The notes beneath the pieces are model-generated. The model was not told the DNA's origin and did no database searches. It saw only the letters and a list, made by a program, of their open reading frames with translations. A DNA stretch of 64,000 nt. Source: Selaginella moellendorffii (lineage: Eukaryota > Plantae > Lycopodiophyta). The DNA lies in the NCBI RefSeq assembly GCF_000143415.4, contig NW_003314267.1, positions 2,893,839 through 2,957,838 on the forward strand, read 5' to 3'. Of the stretch, positions 24,574 through 40,500 are shown in pieces. How positions within the stretch are numbered: position 1 is the stretch's first letter; each line of letters begins with the position of its first letter. The position numbers were made by a program, and so were the translations under genes.

Positions 24574-27500
24574 TTGCTCTTGCACGCAATGAGGATGGCC
24601 TCGACTTCGTATTCCTCTTCCCCTTGGATAACCTTAGGTAAAGGCCTTACTTGGTCTTTGTGAAGTGGATCCTCAAAGTACGGCTTGAGTAAATTCATAA
24701 AGAACACTAGGTGCATCTTCTCCATTTCTCAAGAAAATCAAAGGTGGTAAGCCACTTTACCAATTTGTGTCTCAATCTCGTAAGGCCCCATGAACTTGAT
24801 TAAGGAACTCAAGATCAGTTCATTTCCAGGAATACATGCATTTTTACATTTGGGTCAACTTCCAATTGATCCCACTTGGGAGTCTTAGGTTCTTGGTGTT
24901 CAGCCACACCTTCTCCCCAAGTTGGAACTCTACATCCCGGCGTTTCTAGTTCATGTACTTGGTTTGCCTTTGTTGAGCCAGTTCCAAGGAATCCCTCACT
25001 AAATTCCAAATGTTGAGTCTTTCCACCGTGAATGCCTCCATCATGGGTAACTCTCCATGATACTTTCAAACTCGGCTAATATATTGGCCCACTGACCTTA
25101 TTTCCCTCTTAGCTTGGGCTGTGATAAGAAGTGTTTCATTGCCACATTATCTGTGTAAACTTTGAAGTGCCTCCCAAGGTAGTGTGCCACTCCTTGAGCA
25201 CCTTGACCATCACAAATAATTCCTTCTCGTGGGCAGGCCACTTTCACTGAGCCTTATCCAACTTCTTCGAGAAGACCACTGGATGGTTGTCTGACTTCGA
25301 AATTGCACCTAACACAAAGTCCAAAGCATCTGTTTTTACCTCAAAATCCTTACCAAAGTCTGCTAATGCCAACACGTGAGTCTTCCTCAACAAATGCTAC
25401 CTTACATTCTACTTCCTTGCCCACCACATGCCTAAGAAACTTTAACTTTTGTTGAGCAAAGTCACATTTGCTCTCTTTAGCATATAGCTTATGTTCCCTT
25501 AGTTTCTCAAATACTTTCGTCAAGTGTTTGGTATGCTCCTCTAGCATCTTACTATAGATCAGGATGTCGTCAATATAGACAACCACAAAGTGATCCAAAT
25601 AGGGTGCAAAGATGTGGTTCATCAATGCTGAAAACATTGCTGATGCATTGCATAGCCTAAAGTCCATCACTAAAAACTCAAAGCTCCCATACCTTATTTG
25701 ACATGTTGTTTTCTCGACATTTTCCTCTACTACCCTGATTTGGTAATATCCTGACCTTAAGTCAATCCTCGAGAAATATTTTCCCTTTCCCAACCTATCA
25801 AATAGGTCCTCAATCCTTGGCAAAGGGTAATTGTTTTTCTTGGTATACTTGTTGAACAACCATACACATGTGTATAGATCCTTTTTTTTTTCACAAATAA
25901 TACCGGCACCCTATATGGCAATTTGCTCAACTTAACATACCCTTTGTTCACCAACTCTTCTAGTTGGCACTTAAGCTCCTAGAGTTCCTTTTCGTTCAAA
26001 TGATAAGGGGGACGAACCACCACCTTAGCACCCTCGACTAGTTCAATCTTATGTTTTATCGGTCATGCAAGGGGCAACCCCACCGTTAGCTCCTCCGACA
26101 TGGTATCTTGGAATTGGTCCAACACCCACTAGATCACTAAAGGTACTTCTTCTGTTCTTGTCTTTTTGTCATTCATCATTGAGAGTAAGCACAAAAATGT
26201 TGTCTTGGTTCCTTTAGTGAGTAGTCCTCTCATGAACACTAGGTTTAAGTAGAAGTCTTTAGCCTTACATTGCCCTACCTTTAGATCTTGGGCCTCCACC
26301 TTAAATCGTTCTCCCTGGGTATTCACCAGTACCACAAGGTTCCTACCTTGTCCATGCAGGGCTACTATGAACCAATTGAACGAATCCATCCCGAAGATTA
26401 TGTCAAACCCCACCATATCCAACACGGTGAAATCCATATCTACTTTTCATATTCCTACTTCGACTCTCACTTATCGGAATACCTCATTAGTGCTTTAGCT
26501 ACCTTGAACAAATTCTATAGTCCTTAGTTCACCTAGCCACTACACCGTTAGTCCAGTTTTCTAAACTATGTCTGCAGGCACAAAATTATCTGAACCACTC
26601 GTGTTAATAAGGATCTTAACAAAGCTACCTCCGATCTTCCCTCAAAGGGTTAGTAGATGTCGCAAACGACTCTTTACCAAAGTTGCTCATGTAATGAGTA
26701 ATTTTGAGCTAAGGATTGGATCACGTACTTAATGGCCATATTAGCTCTAGCCTTCTTTCGATTGGGACATTCCTTCGAAAAGTGTCCCACTTCACCGCAG
26801 TTGAAGGATACATTGTTTCCTATGCTACTAGCAGACTTGATCTTTTTATCCATGGGTTTGTCCTTTTTCGCTTAACTCCCCCACATATTTTGCTCGCTGG
26901 CCACCGGATTTGTCTTTTCGGAACCCCGAGGACTCATTCTTAGAGAAACTCTTCTTGAATTTCCCTTTGCAATATATCCTATTTAGTTTGGCCCCTTTGC
27001 TAAACGTGGACCCCGACCTCGTTGTGTTTCCCTTTTGTAGGTTATCATTGAAATACACCTTGATAGCTACATCTAATGCTTCCTTGTAGTTGGTTAGGTT
27101 CCAATGCATCACCTTGCCGCGAGCCTAGGTTTGCAAGCCTGATATGAAGGCATGAAACGCATCCATGTCACCTATATCCATGACAAGTATCCTTTTTGCC
27201 ATAAACCCATTCACATACTTTTAAATGGTTCCGGTCTGCTTTAGCCTACTCAGCTCATCCCTTAAGTGTAGAGTAGCATTCGGAGGAACGTAAGTCATGA
27301 ATCCTTACCTTCATCAATTCCCAAGTGGCCACCAGTCCTTCGTTGGCCATTGTCATTCTCCACCAAGACTTGGCATTATCTGCCATGTATGGTTTTGCAC
27401 ATAGGACCTTCTTTGAGCTCAGTAACTACAAGGCTCGGAAGTAATCCTTCATATTATAAAATCAATCCTTCACCACCTTATAGTCATTTTCACTCCCTTG

Positions 27501-29231
27501 AAGACCGGTAGGAGCTTTGGTTTGTATTTGGGAACTGCTTGAGTGACTAATTCCACTTCGATCTGTTCGACCTTATTTAGTTCCACCTCAGTCCCTGCCA
27601 AAGGGTCCTCACCTTCTGTGCTGTCAACATCTGCAGTCTTTCACTTTTTCTTCTTCTTCTCGTCACGCTTTAGCTTGCATACAAGAGTCTCTATCAGGGC
27701 ATTGGTCTATGCAATTTATCCTTCTAGAACATCCAAACGAGCCTTGGACGACCGAACCTCACCACCGGACTCCTGTTTGGAAGTTTCTTCACTGAAGTCC
27801 TCCTCATGCAAGGATTCCTCATCCATAGCCTCTTGTTTGACCAGAGGCTCCAGCTCTGAAGGAGGTTCCATCTCCGCCTTAGTTTGTTTATGCCCTACCT
27901 TTGCCATCTCCCAACAATCCATCTCTATCCTTTGCTAGAACTGAGAAAAAGGCTCCAATACCAAATTGTAAGCCATAAATTTTTTCCTTTCAAATTTGCT
28001 AGTTTACCTTGTCTATCCGACTGCCATGGCCTTCAATTTAGTTAAGTTTCCTCTCTAAGGCTCCTGCCTATCATACTAGTTCCTACTTGGTCCTACTTGG
28101 TTTCAGCAACTCACTGCACAAGCAACAGAGAGTTAACCATGCATCTACAAATTCCCAAATCTCTCCCAATCCCCCTTCCTGAGTTAAATTGAACTTAAGG
28201 TTCAGCTACACTCCTTGCAGGCACAAGTAGCCAAGCACACCAAGCCTCCAGGTTTCTAACATCCCTTGGTACAATAAGACTTGATCATGGGACCTCTAAA
28301 TCCTAAGCCTTGGGTGCAATACTTACTTCGGGATACCGGGGGGAAACACTGTGGCCTAACAACCTAATATTGGTACCTCTACTCCCCCACTCCCATCCCA
28401 AAGGGAAGGCCCAAGCCGCTAGGAAGGGCAAGGACCAATGAGCTGCAAGGTAGTCAAGTGGGGCACCACACCACATAAGCCGAGAGCACCACAATTGGTG
28501 TCCTTTCGAGAGTGGGAGCTGCTCTTGAGCACTTCCTGGGGTGGCCCCTCTAGCACCACCCAAGTCCATACTCACTCCCACCCAAGGCCCCTTGACCCCA
28601 ATCTCAACCTTAAGTTAGTTTGGAAGCACTATTCAAGAGTTTTTTCAAGATTGGTTCCTAGACCTTACTATCCCTACTATACTTTTGGAACCCTCTGCAG
28701 CCTTTGCAGCCCCCCTTGCCCCCCCCCCCCCCCCCCTGGGAGACACACACTTTGGGCTTTCACCCCTCGACTTGTATTAGTACTCGGACTCGATCTCAGA
28801 CTTGATTTCAGACTCGATCTCGCACTTGACCTCAGACTTGATCTCGGACTCAATCTCGCACCCGACCTCAGACTTGATCTCGGACTCAATCTCGAACTTG
28901 ACCTCGGACCCGATCTCGGACTCAATCTCGGCCTCGACCTCGAACCCAACCTCAGACTCGGTCTTGGATCCGATCTCAGATCTTGAACTCAGTCTCGAAC
29001 TCAATCTCGAACTCAGTTTAGGAGTTGCTTGTATTTTACTTTCTTGTTCTGTCTCATGGTGGCCTCAGACTCAATCCTGGACTCAATCTCGGACTCTATC
29101 TCGAACTTGGTCTCAAAGTCGGTTTTGGACTTGATTTCAGACTCAGTCTTGTCGGAGGAACTCTTTATCATTTCAGTCGTGTTTTCAAGGATCCTTTAGC
29201 CTACGACACCTCGGGGAGTTGGTTCCTTACA
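24574..29231 (-). mobile_element. Decayed Ty3/gypsy chromovirus: 5' LTR, PBS, gag, protease, RT, RNase H, integrase C-terminus and start of chromodomain; integrase core and 3' end missing
   Basis: Gag ELSRLKQTG and zinc knuckle (S)FNCGEVGHFSKECP ~26765-26810; RT YPLPRIEDL, SRIDLRSGYYQI, VYIDDILIY (25350-25950); RNase H VKTDA...EKEL; GPY motif FMGPYEI ~24790; chromodomain EEEYEVEAIL ~24590-24625; many stops and frameshifts. Confidence 0.9.
27967..29231 (-). repeat. Chromovirus 5' LTR (1265 bp) with its own degenerate tandem array (~28783-29020)
   Basis: Terminal inverted repeat TGTAAG...CTTACA; PBS TGGTATTGGAGC (decayed iMet) at 27952-27963. Confidence 0.8.
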
Positions 29232-30285
29232 TTTATGACCACTCCTTAGCATCTTTAGAATGCCCTAACATATGGGAGAACATTATTCTCCAATATCCCT
29301 TCCTCAATCGCCACCAAGTCCCTCTCATTCACAATAGTGTTTGCTAATAGGTTAGAGCTTGAATGCCTATACACTAAGTCTTAGTAACCTTTAAGACTTC
29401 TTCACTATGTAATTATACCTTTAGTTAATAAGAAAAAGGATCATTCTTTTTACTTTCCACAATCAAGAACTTTAGGATGACATTTCAAACAACTACAACT
29501 TAATTCAAGCTTTATAGGAACTCCACCAACTTTGACCACCAAAATGCCCCAACCACATGGCTAGAGTAAGGTTCTAATGAGCACACAAGATATCTTAATA
29601 GGTAGTGCCACTGATACTTGGATTAGAAACATAAACTATCCAATCTTACAAAGGAGCTAGAGTTGACATTTGAACATTTTACCAAGGCACCCCACTTATC
29701 TATCCATGTTCACTTTATACTTAGACTTCTCAGTGTTTATATCATCCCCACCACATGCATATAATTTTTCTTAGTCATATTAGTTCTCTTGAAGTCCTCT
29801 CCCTTGCTATCCCATAGGGACTTATTAAACCCCTTAAGGTCTGGGAGACAATCATTTTGGGTTTTCACCCCACCCTTAAATATATCTGGCTTTAGATATA
29901 TTTGGCCTTCAATATATCTAGCCCCAAATATATCTAGCCTCAGATATTTTTGACACTTTGAACACTTGATTTTTCAGTGGTGATAGTTTTGACATCATTC
30001 CATTTTAAATCCTTAGGTTCTAGGACTTCAATTTTGACACTTCCATGTGTTATAACACTTGTCACATGTTAGTCATTCTTTTATCAATTCTTTCTAGAAA
30101 TTTACATTTACTTATTAATCACTTCATGACCACTCCTCAAGCACTTCTTTAGGAATTCCACTTCACTCTTGACTTTTTGAGTTAGACCTTTTAGTTCAAA
30201 TGTGTATGCTCATTAAAATTTTACATCAGCGACTGCTATATGCCACACCTTCAGCTTAACTTTGGGATTTAAGGATTTATGTCTT
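29232..30285 (-). mobile_element. Very old, degenerate LTR of the main family (host of the chromovirus insertion)
   Basis: Collinear with the family LTR from CCACTCCTTAGCATC to the GATTT.TGTCT terminus; array replaced by a 16-bp repeat at 29878-29951. Confidence 0.75.
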
Positions 30286-30289
30286 AAAT

Positions 30290-30942
30290 ATAATAAATGT
30301 CTCTCCAACTCACTATGGAAATCGATCCATATAGTGTCTTGATCTTGCCAAGGTTTCAAGAAAATTTGCTAAAAAGATACCTAAGTCCATATTAACTAGA
30401 CAAAGAGGATCCTCTAGATGCTCAACATCACAAATCTTTTGCTCCAGATATAATACTTCCTTATCACAATGCAAGGATAATGTTTTTGCATAGGTGGATT
30501 ATTTACTGTTGATGGCAAAGCAACAGAGTGTCATGGTTCTAGATACTTTGATTTTAGAGTTCTTAGAGCCAATATTTACACAGAACTACATGATGGTAAA
30601 GTTGGAGGTCTATAAAATATAAGTTATAAAGTCCATCCATGAGTATAACAGCCATTTCAAAGAGTATCTATACAAGTGCAAGCAATCAAATATACTAGTT
30701 CTTAAATCATCCAAGACTTATGTCAATTCTCTCAACCTAACACTTAGAAAGAAAGTTTAAGGGAAAGGTCCAAGTACTATAGAATAAGCTATGGTGCAAA
30801 TTGTGCAAATAGAGCACAAAATGGGGTTTGAGGTATTTCGACAAGTGAGAGTCGAAGTAGGAATATGAAAAGTAGATATGGATTTCACCGTGTTGGATAT
30901 GGTGGGGTTTGACATAATCTTCGGGATGGATTCGTTCAATTG
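30290..30942 (+). pseudogene. Gypsy pol remnants (integrase Zn-finger-like ELHDGKVGG ~30583-30610; protease fragment 30829-30942)
   Basis: Short translated motifs; 114-bp inverted copy of 26373-26486. Confidence 0.55.
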
Positions 30943-32102
30943 ATTGCTAGAGTAAGGAATAATAGGAGAATAAGGGTGATTTAGACAAGCTAAATGCAAA
31001 TAAAATGTACAAATATAAACATTTTTTAAGGATAATTACTCAACTCTACTAACGTGAATGCATGAAATATAGAAATATGCATATCCAATTAACCCTAGCT
31101 TATATAAGAGCGAGGTGTCTAGATTGAAACCAATCAAATGGGCTCATATATACATATGTATAATGTTTAATATAAGTGTTTAAAAGGTGGATTTATTTTT
31201 TTAAGTCAAAGTGTTGTGTATACTATTATCCTTATTTGCATGTATTATATAAATATAAGGAATAATATAAAAAAATTTAAAAAGAATGAAATAACCATAT
31301 GATATGCATCTGTAGGTAAAAGGTAAGAGAAAGACCATATATATTCTTATATGAAATGCTTAAAGTAATTTTCTGTGTATTGCATGCAACAGCACTAATA
31401 GTAGTGCTTATTATTTATTAATCCAACTGATTAGAAGTTTATTTTTATAAACATGTTTAAAATTTAAAAACAAAAGATTAGTTTTACTACTTATCAATCA
31501 TTAGATGGTAGAATAAACTAGAATATACTAGGAAATGTTTATGAAAATTTATAAATTATAATCATGTTTATAATTTGTAAATACAAGATTAATCTAAATG
31601 AATAACAATTGTTACATGGTAGAATATCTGAGAATATTCTAAAATACTATCGTTTGTATAATGGTTTTTGGTTTGCTTAAGCAAAAAATTATACATGATC
31701 CAAGAACAGTTATACGTGGATCTATGCTAAAGTGCCAAGCTGGTAGGATCTGATTTCAGGAATCCTTTATTGGTGCAATGCACCTTATTACAGAATGTCA
31801 AGTATAGCAAAAGCAATATAAAACTCCACATGAATTTTCTATCTTTGTCCATAAATGCTAGTGAATTGGCCAATAAAAATATAAGCTGAATTGGTTTTGA
31901 AATTTCCAACTACACACCTATCCCATGGCAACCGCATGGAAGACTTAATGATAACAGAGAACGATCGGGTGAGCTGCCTGTGGCTGAAACCTATCCACTT
32001 GCTCACAAGGATCTCCTGGCACTTTAGTCATATAAATGACGGCACGGCTCCTCACTCTTTTCATCAGGGGATGATGTATGGATAAGTACGTGAATTGATT
32101 GA

Positions 32103-33296
<1,194 letters not shown>

Positions 33297-33394
33297 TGTG
33301 TGACACTGGAATATGAAGTGAATAAAATGCTCCAAATAAAAGCCCTATATAGCCTTTAATAAAGAGAGGAAAGTGGGGGGGCGGGGGAGGTTTC

Positions 33395-35825
33395 ATGGAA
33401 CAAGACGCTGCCGCTGTGCTCTTGCTCCTCCTGTGTCAGCTGCTGCACCTGCACCCCGCCGTTGAGGCGGCCCTCAACCAGAATGGATTCAACATCGAAG
33501 GTAAACGCGCTCTCTTTTGCTTGCTTGGGGCACAACCCTCGCTCGTGTCTGTGTCCCCAGTCTCCGCTCTCTTTGCCTTCAAGCAGAGCCTGGTGGATCC
33601 GCAGAACGCAATGTCGGGATGGGATAAGAACGCCGTTGATCCTTGCTCCTGGATTCACGTCTCTTGCTCCGAGCAAAACGTCTCCAGGGTGTATGTGTGC
33701 TTGCCTTGTCTGGTCTCCAACCCTTTGTTCCTTGCCTGCAGTGAACTCCCGGGGTTGCAGCTATCGGGGCAGCTCTCGCCTCGCCTCGCCGACCTCGCTA
33801 ACTTGCAGTATCTGTAAGCTTGTGCAAGCACCAAACTTTCCATCTTACCCAGTGTTATGATCGCAGGATGCTTCAGAACAATAACCTGTCCGGGCCTATT
33901 CCCCCCGAGTTTGGAAACTGGAGCAGGATCATCAGTGTCGACCTCTCCAACAACAACCTTAGCAACCCCATTCCTTCCACCTTGGGCAAGCTACAGACGC
34001 TGCAGTACCTGTGAGTCAGAGTCACTTGATGCCTCGTGTTTAGCGGCTAACTTTGTTGGTGTCAAGTCGGCTCAACAACAACAGCCTGAGCGGAGCCTTC
34101 CCCGATTCGGTGGCCACCATCAGGGCCCTCGACTTCCTGTACGTTTTAGCTATGACTGAAACCAGGCCCAGGCCTCCTTTTGACTTTGACAGCCGTTTGT
34201 GAGTGTGGTGCGCACAGGGACGTGTCCTTCAACAACCTCAGTGGGAATGTGCCCAATGCGACAACAGCCAACCTCAAGTAAGTCTTGACTGTAGCACTAA
34301 GCAACCTTCTATGCATTCGCTCGCTGCAGTGTCAAAGGCAACCCTCTGCTGTGTGGCTCCAAGACGAGCAGGATATGTCCAGGAGACCCTCCTCGGCACC
34401 TGGAGCCATTGAGCCAAAGAGGTAGGCCACTCAAATGATCGCTTCATTTCAGCTTTTAGCTTGCAGTTGGATCGGGTGGGAGTGCAAGCCGGGGAGCTCT
34501 GGCGTCGGGACTGGCGGTTGCTGCATTTCTGCTCGCGTCGCTCTTGGCATTTGGAGCGGTGTGGTGGAAACGCCACCACAACCGGCAGGTCTTTTTCGAC
34601 GTGAATGGTGAGCTCTGCCTTCATGTGACGGCCCTCACACGTGTGTATGCATACTTGGCTTGCTCAGAACAACAGGATCCGGAGGTTGCCTTGGGGCAGC
34701 TCAAAAAGTTTTCCTTCCGGGAGCTCCAGACGGCCACCGATAATTTCGACATGAAAAATATCCTTGGTCGGGGCGGGTTTGGCATTGTGTACAAGGGGAC
34801 ACTGCCGGACGGGACCCCTATCGCCGTCAAGCGCCTCAAGGAGGGGTCCAGCAACGGTGGTGAGTATCAGTTCCAAATGGAGGTGGAGATGATAAGCCTG
34901 GCTGTGCACCGGAACCTTCTCCGCCTCAAAGGCTTCTGCATGACGCCAACCGAGAGGCTGCTCGTGTACCCGTACATGCCCAATGGCAGCGTGGCGTCAC
35001 GTCTCCGCGGTACGTAGCCTTTGAAATGTTTGCGGTGCTCAAGGGTGGGGGGCTGGCAGACTTAATATGCGGCAAGCCAGCATTGGACTGGCCAACTCGG
35101 AAGCGCATCGCCCTGGGGTCGGCACGGGGTCTGTTGTACCTTCACGAGCACTGCGATCCTAAGATTATCCACCGGGACGTCAAGGCTGCCAACATTCTAC
35201 TGGACGAAGATTTTGAGGCTGTGGTGGGGGACTTTGGCCTGGCAAAGCTACTAGACCACCGAGAATCTCACGTCACAACAGCTGTGCGCGGCACGGTGGG
35301 TCACATTGCGCCAGAATATCTGTCGACGGGCCAGTCATCGGAGAAGACCGATGTGTTTGGTTTCGGCATTCTTCTGCTGGAGCTAATCACCGGGCAGGGA
35401 GCGTTCGACTTCAACCGCCTCCTCACCAACAAGGACGTGATGCTTCTCGACTGGGTGAGCCTGTCACCGAGTGCTATTGTCCTTGGTCTTCTAAGTGGCT
35501 GCAACAGGTGAAGCAGCTGCAACACGCCAACAACCTGGATCGATTGGTGGATGCGGAGCTCAAGGGGAACTACAACGCAGTGGAGCTGGAGGAGATGGTG
35601 CAGGTGGCACTGCTGTGCACGCAGATGTTTCCAGCGGACCGGCCCAAGATGTCGGAGGTGGTGAGGATGCTCGAAGGCGACGGCCTGGCCGAGAGATGGG
35701 AGGAATGGCAAAAGGTGGAGACTCGACGAAGCCGCGAGGCTCAGCTCATACCACGCAGGTACTACGAGCTCGTGGAAGATTCCAACTCCGACCTGGAAGC
35801 TGTGGACCTGTCGGGGCCAAGATAG
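33395..35825 (+). CDS. LRR-II receptor-like kinase (NIK/SERK group, NIK-like)
   Basis: Signal peptide, DPCSW cap, LRR exons, [36 protein letters not shown]-terminal LSGPR. Confidence 0.93.
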
Positions 35826-36031
35826 ATATATTTACATGCTTCAGATCCATGTAAAGAATACGATTTGAGATTTCAGGTGTTCCGCACCCAGGCCTAGGTC
35901 AGGTATACGAGGGAGGATTGGTGGCGATGGAGCACGTGGGAGGCTACGTGGAATTGCGCCAGGCACCCTGGCCCTAGCTTGGTGGGGCAGGCGAGGCGAA
36001 AGATTGATTGACTCAGAGTAGCAGTAGCGGC

Positions 36032-37525
<1,494 letters not shown>

Positions 37526-37577
37526 GTGATTCTGATTTTGTAAAGGTAATCGTCTCCGCGAAAATAATGTTAGTAAG

Positions 37578-40500
37578 CTACACGCTTTTGTTGGGAGTGC
37601 TGAGGTTGGGAAGCGCCGAGTACGTTTGCATGTCTGGGTTGAAGCCTTTGGCAATCATCTCCTTGAAGAGTGTGTACGCGTCTTCCACTTGCCCGGCCAT
37701 GCTCAAGCTCCGGATGAGCACGTTATAGGTGGCAAGGGCAGGTGTGTGCCCCTCCCTCACCATCTCCTGGAGCAGCTCCATGGCCATGCTCGTGTGGCCC
37801 CGCCGGCTGAAACCAAGCACCAAGATGGTATAGGTGATGGAGTCGGGGAAGCAGCTGCATTCAATCATGTCCTGAAACAGTTCGTACCCCTTGTCCACTT
37901 GACCGCTCCTACAGAAGCCGGAGATGAGGGCATTGTATATGTAAGAGTTTGGAACGTGGCCCATCTTCACGAGTCGAGCGCTTTGCTCAAGGGCGTCCTC
38001 CATTCTTCCAGCCTTGGCAAGAGTATCGATGAGCGTTCCGAAGGTCGTCAAGTCTGGCATGCACTTGTTGGCCTGCATCTCGTCGAACAGATCGCAAGCT
38101 TCGTCCGTCCTGCGCAGCTTTTTAAGGCCGTTGAGGAGAGTGTTGTAGGTGACCACGTCCGGAGAATGCTTCCTTCTCTTCATCATGCCGAAGAAGCTGT
38201 ACGCCTTCTCATACCTCCCGCAGCTGCTCAGAACATCGATGACGATGTTGTAGGTGCGGCAATCTGGCATGATCCCTTTCCTGTTCATGTCCTCGAGCAG
38301 CTCTAGCGCTTCGTCAACTTTGCCCTGCTTACCGAGGCAGCTGATCAACACGTTGTAAACAACGGTGTCGGGCATGCAACCCGCCTTTTGCATGTTAGAA
38401 AACACCTCCAAAGCCTTGGCCGCTCTCCCTGCCTTTCCAAGAGCATCCATGAGGTAGCTGTACGTGAAAACATCCAGAACGACTCCTGCTTGCTCCGCCT
38501 CTTGAAAAAGGGTCAAGGCTTCCTCGAGCTGCTTTGACTTGCACAGAGCTGTGAGCAAGGAACCGTGCCCAGCTGATGAGAGGCAGAGCCCCTTCCCTTG
38601 CATCAGCCGCAAGTACCTGCGGGCATCCTCAAGCCCCCCGGCTTTCTTGCACAGAACCCTGATGAGGGAGCTGTACATCACGTCCTCTGACGCAAGGCCC
38701 ACGCTTCTGGCCTCGCTGATCACCCTCTCTATGTCATCGCTCCTTCCTGCGTCAACAAGGCCGCTGAGCAGCAAGTCGCACGTGGCCACACTGAGCTCCT
38801 TCATCTCCAGAAACACGTTGCACGCCTCGTCGAATTTGCCAGCCCTGGCCAAGGCAGCAATCAGAGTGTTGTAGCCGGACACCTCGATAGCACCGCCAGG
38901 GAATTCCCTCAGGAAATCCAAGGCCTCCTCCATCTTGCCGGCGTGAGCAAGGCAAGTGACGAGAACGTTGGCCATGTGCACCGTGGGGAGTACAGCGTGC
39001 TTGGCCATCTCAGCCGACAGCCTGTGGAAGTCGTCAATCCTGGCCGCCCTCCGCATGCCGTGCAGGATGCTGTTGAACGTGCAGTGGTCCGGTTGGCAGC
39101 CTGCTCGTTGCATTGTCGACAGTAGCTCCCACACTTTGTCCATGTTGCCAGCCTTGCCTTGAGCACCTATGAGCAGATTGTACGTGAAGACATCCGGGAC
39201 GCTCTCCTTGGTCATAGTGCTCTCGAAAAGCTGGGTGGCCTCAGCTAGCCTGCCACACCGGATGAAGCCTTGGATGATGAAATTGTAGTTGACCGCCGAG
39301 AGAGCACAGCCGTCGTGTCGGGCGAGTTCCATGAACGAGGCAACCTCATGCATCTGTCCGGCTCTGCAGTGCGCGTTGACAAGGATGCCATAGGTGAAGG
39401 CATCGCGGGCACAGGCATGCGCTGTCATGTGGTGGAGAAGGCGGCGGGCTTGCCGCAGCATGCCCAGCCGACAGGTACAGTGGATGAGGGTGTTGCACAC
39501 GTTGACGTCGGCTTGAAGACCTGCGCCGAGCATCTCCTGGAAGACGGCGAGCGCGTCAGTTGCTCTGCTCATCTTGCACAAGAAGATGACGAGTGTGTCG
39601 AAGGAAACGGCGTTTGGCTTGCAGCTGCCCTCCTGCTTGAGCCGCCGAAACATGTCGAGCGCCCGGTCCCCGTCACCGGCCTTGCAGTAGCCAGCAATCA
39701 GGGTGTTGTAGGCGACAACGTCGGGGGCGCAGTCGCACGTCTCCCTCATGTCGGCGAACAGTGTCATGGCCTGCTCCACCCTTCGCACCTCGCACAGCCA
39801 GTGCATGGCGGCGGTGAAGGCCACCGTGTCCGGCTGGCAGAAGTTTCCCCGCCTCATGTCATCCAGCATGCCCATGGCTGCGTCCAAGTCGCCCGCCCTG
39901 CCAAACGCCTGGATGCATTCCGTGCACGTCACCTCCGACAGGCCAACACCCTTCTGCCTCAGCTCCGCCAGCAGCTCCGCCAGCAGCTCCGTCCTGCCCA
40001 GCTTGCAAACCTCCTTGACCATGGCGGTGGCCGTGTGCGCGTCAACCGGCACGCCCGCCTTGAGCAGGTGGTTGTAGGTGGCCAAGGCCATGTCGAGGCG
40101 CTGCTCCTCGAGAATCACTTTGACCAGGCAGTCGTGGGCAAATGCGTTGAACTTGAAGCCCAAGGCTCCCAGCCTGATGAAAGCTTCCACGCCACCTTGC
40201 ACGCCACCGCGGCCGAGCATCATCTGGCCCAAGCTGCCAAACGTGTCCTTGGTGAGGGGGACGTGCTGAGCTTGCATCTGGTTGACGAGGCGGAGCGAGA
40301 GCGTGAGCTGCTTGTCCCGGCACAGCAGCTGCAGCATGAGGTTGTAGACGGTGCTCGTGTGCCTGAAGGTGGCGCGCGTGCCCGCCCACTGGAAGAAGGC
40401 GTAAGCGGCCTGGACGTGGGCGCTGAGCTGCTGGAGCACCCGGGCAACCAGCTTTGTGCTGATATCGTACCTGGCGCCCAGGGACTCCATGTCGCCTCGC

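Noticed and set aside
181-24663. Long ORFs in all six frames (poly-SD, LG, RT/RS, ES; up to 452 aa) in the LTRs, resembling SR proteins or SD-repeat adhesins
   Set aside because: They arise from stop-free hexamer and 12-mer repeats; the reading frame relative to the unique flanks changes between copies, and most starts are non-ATG.
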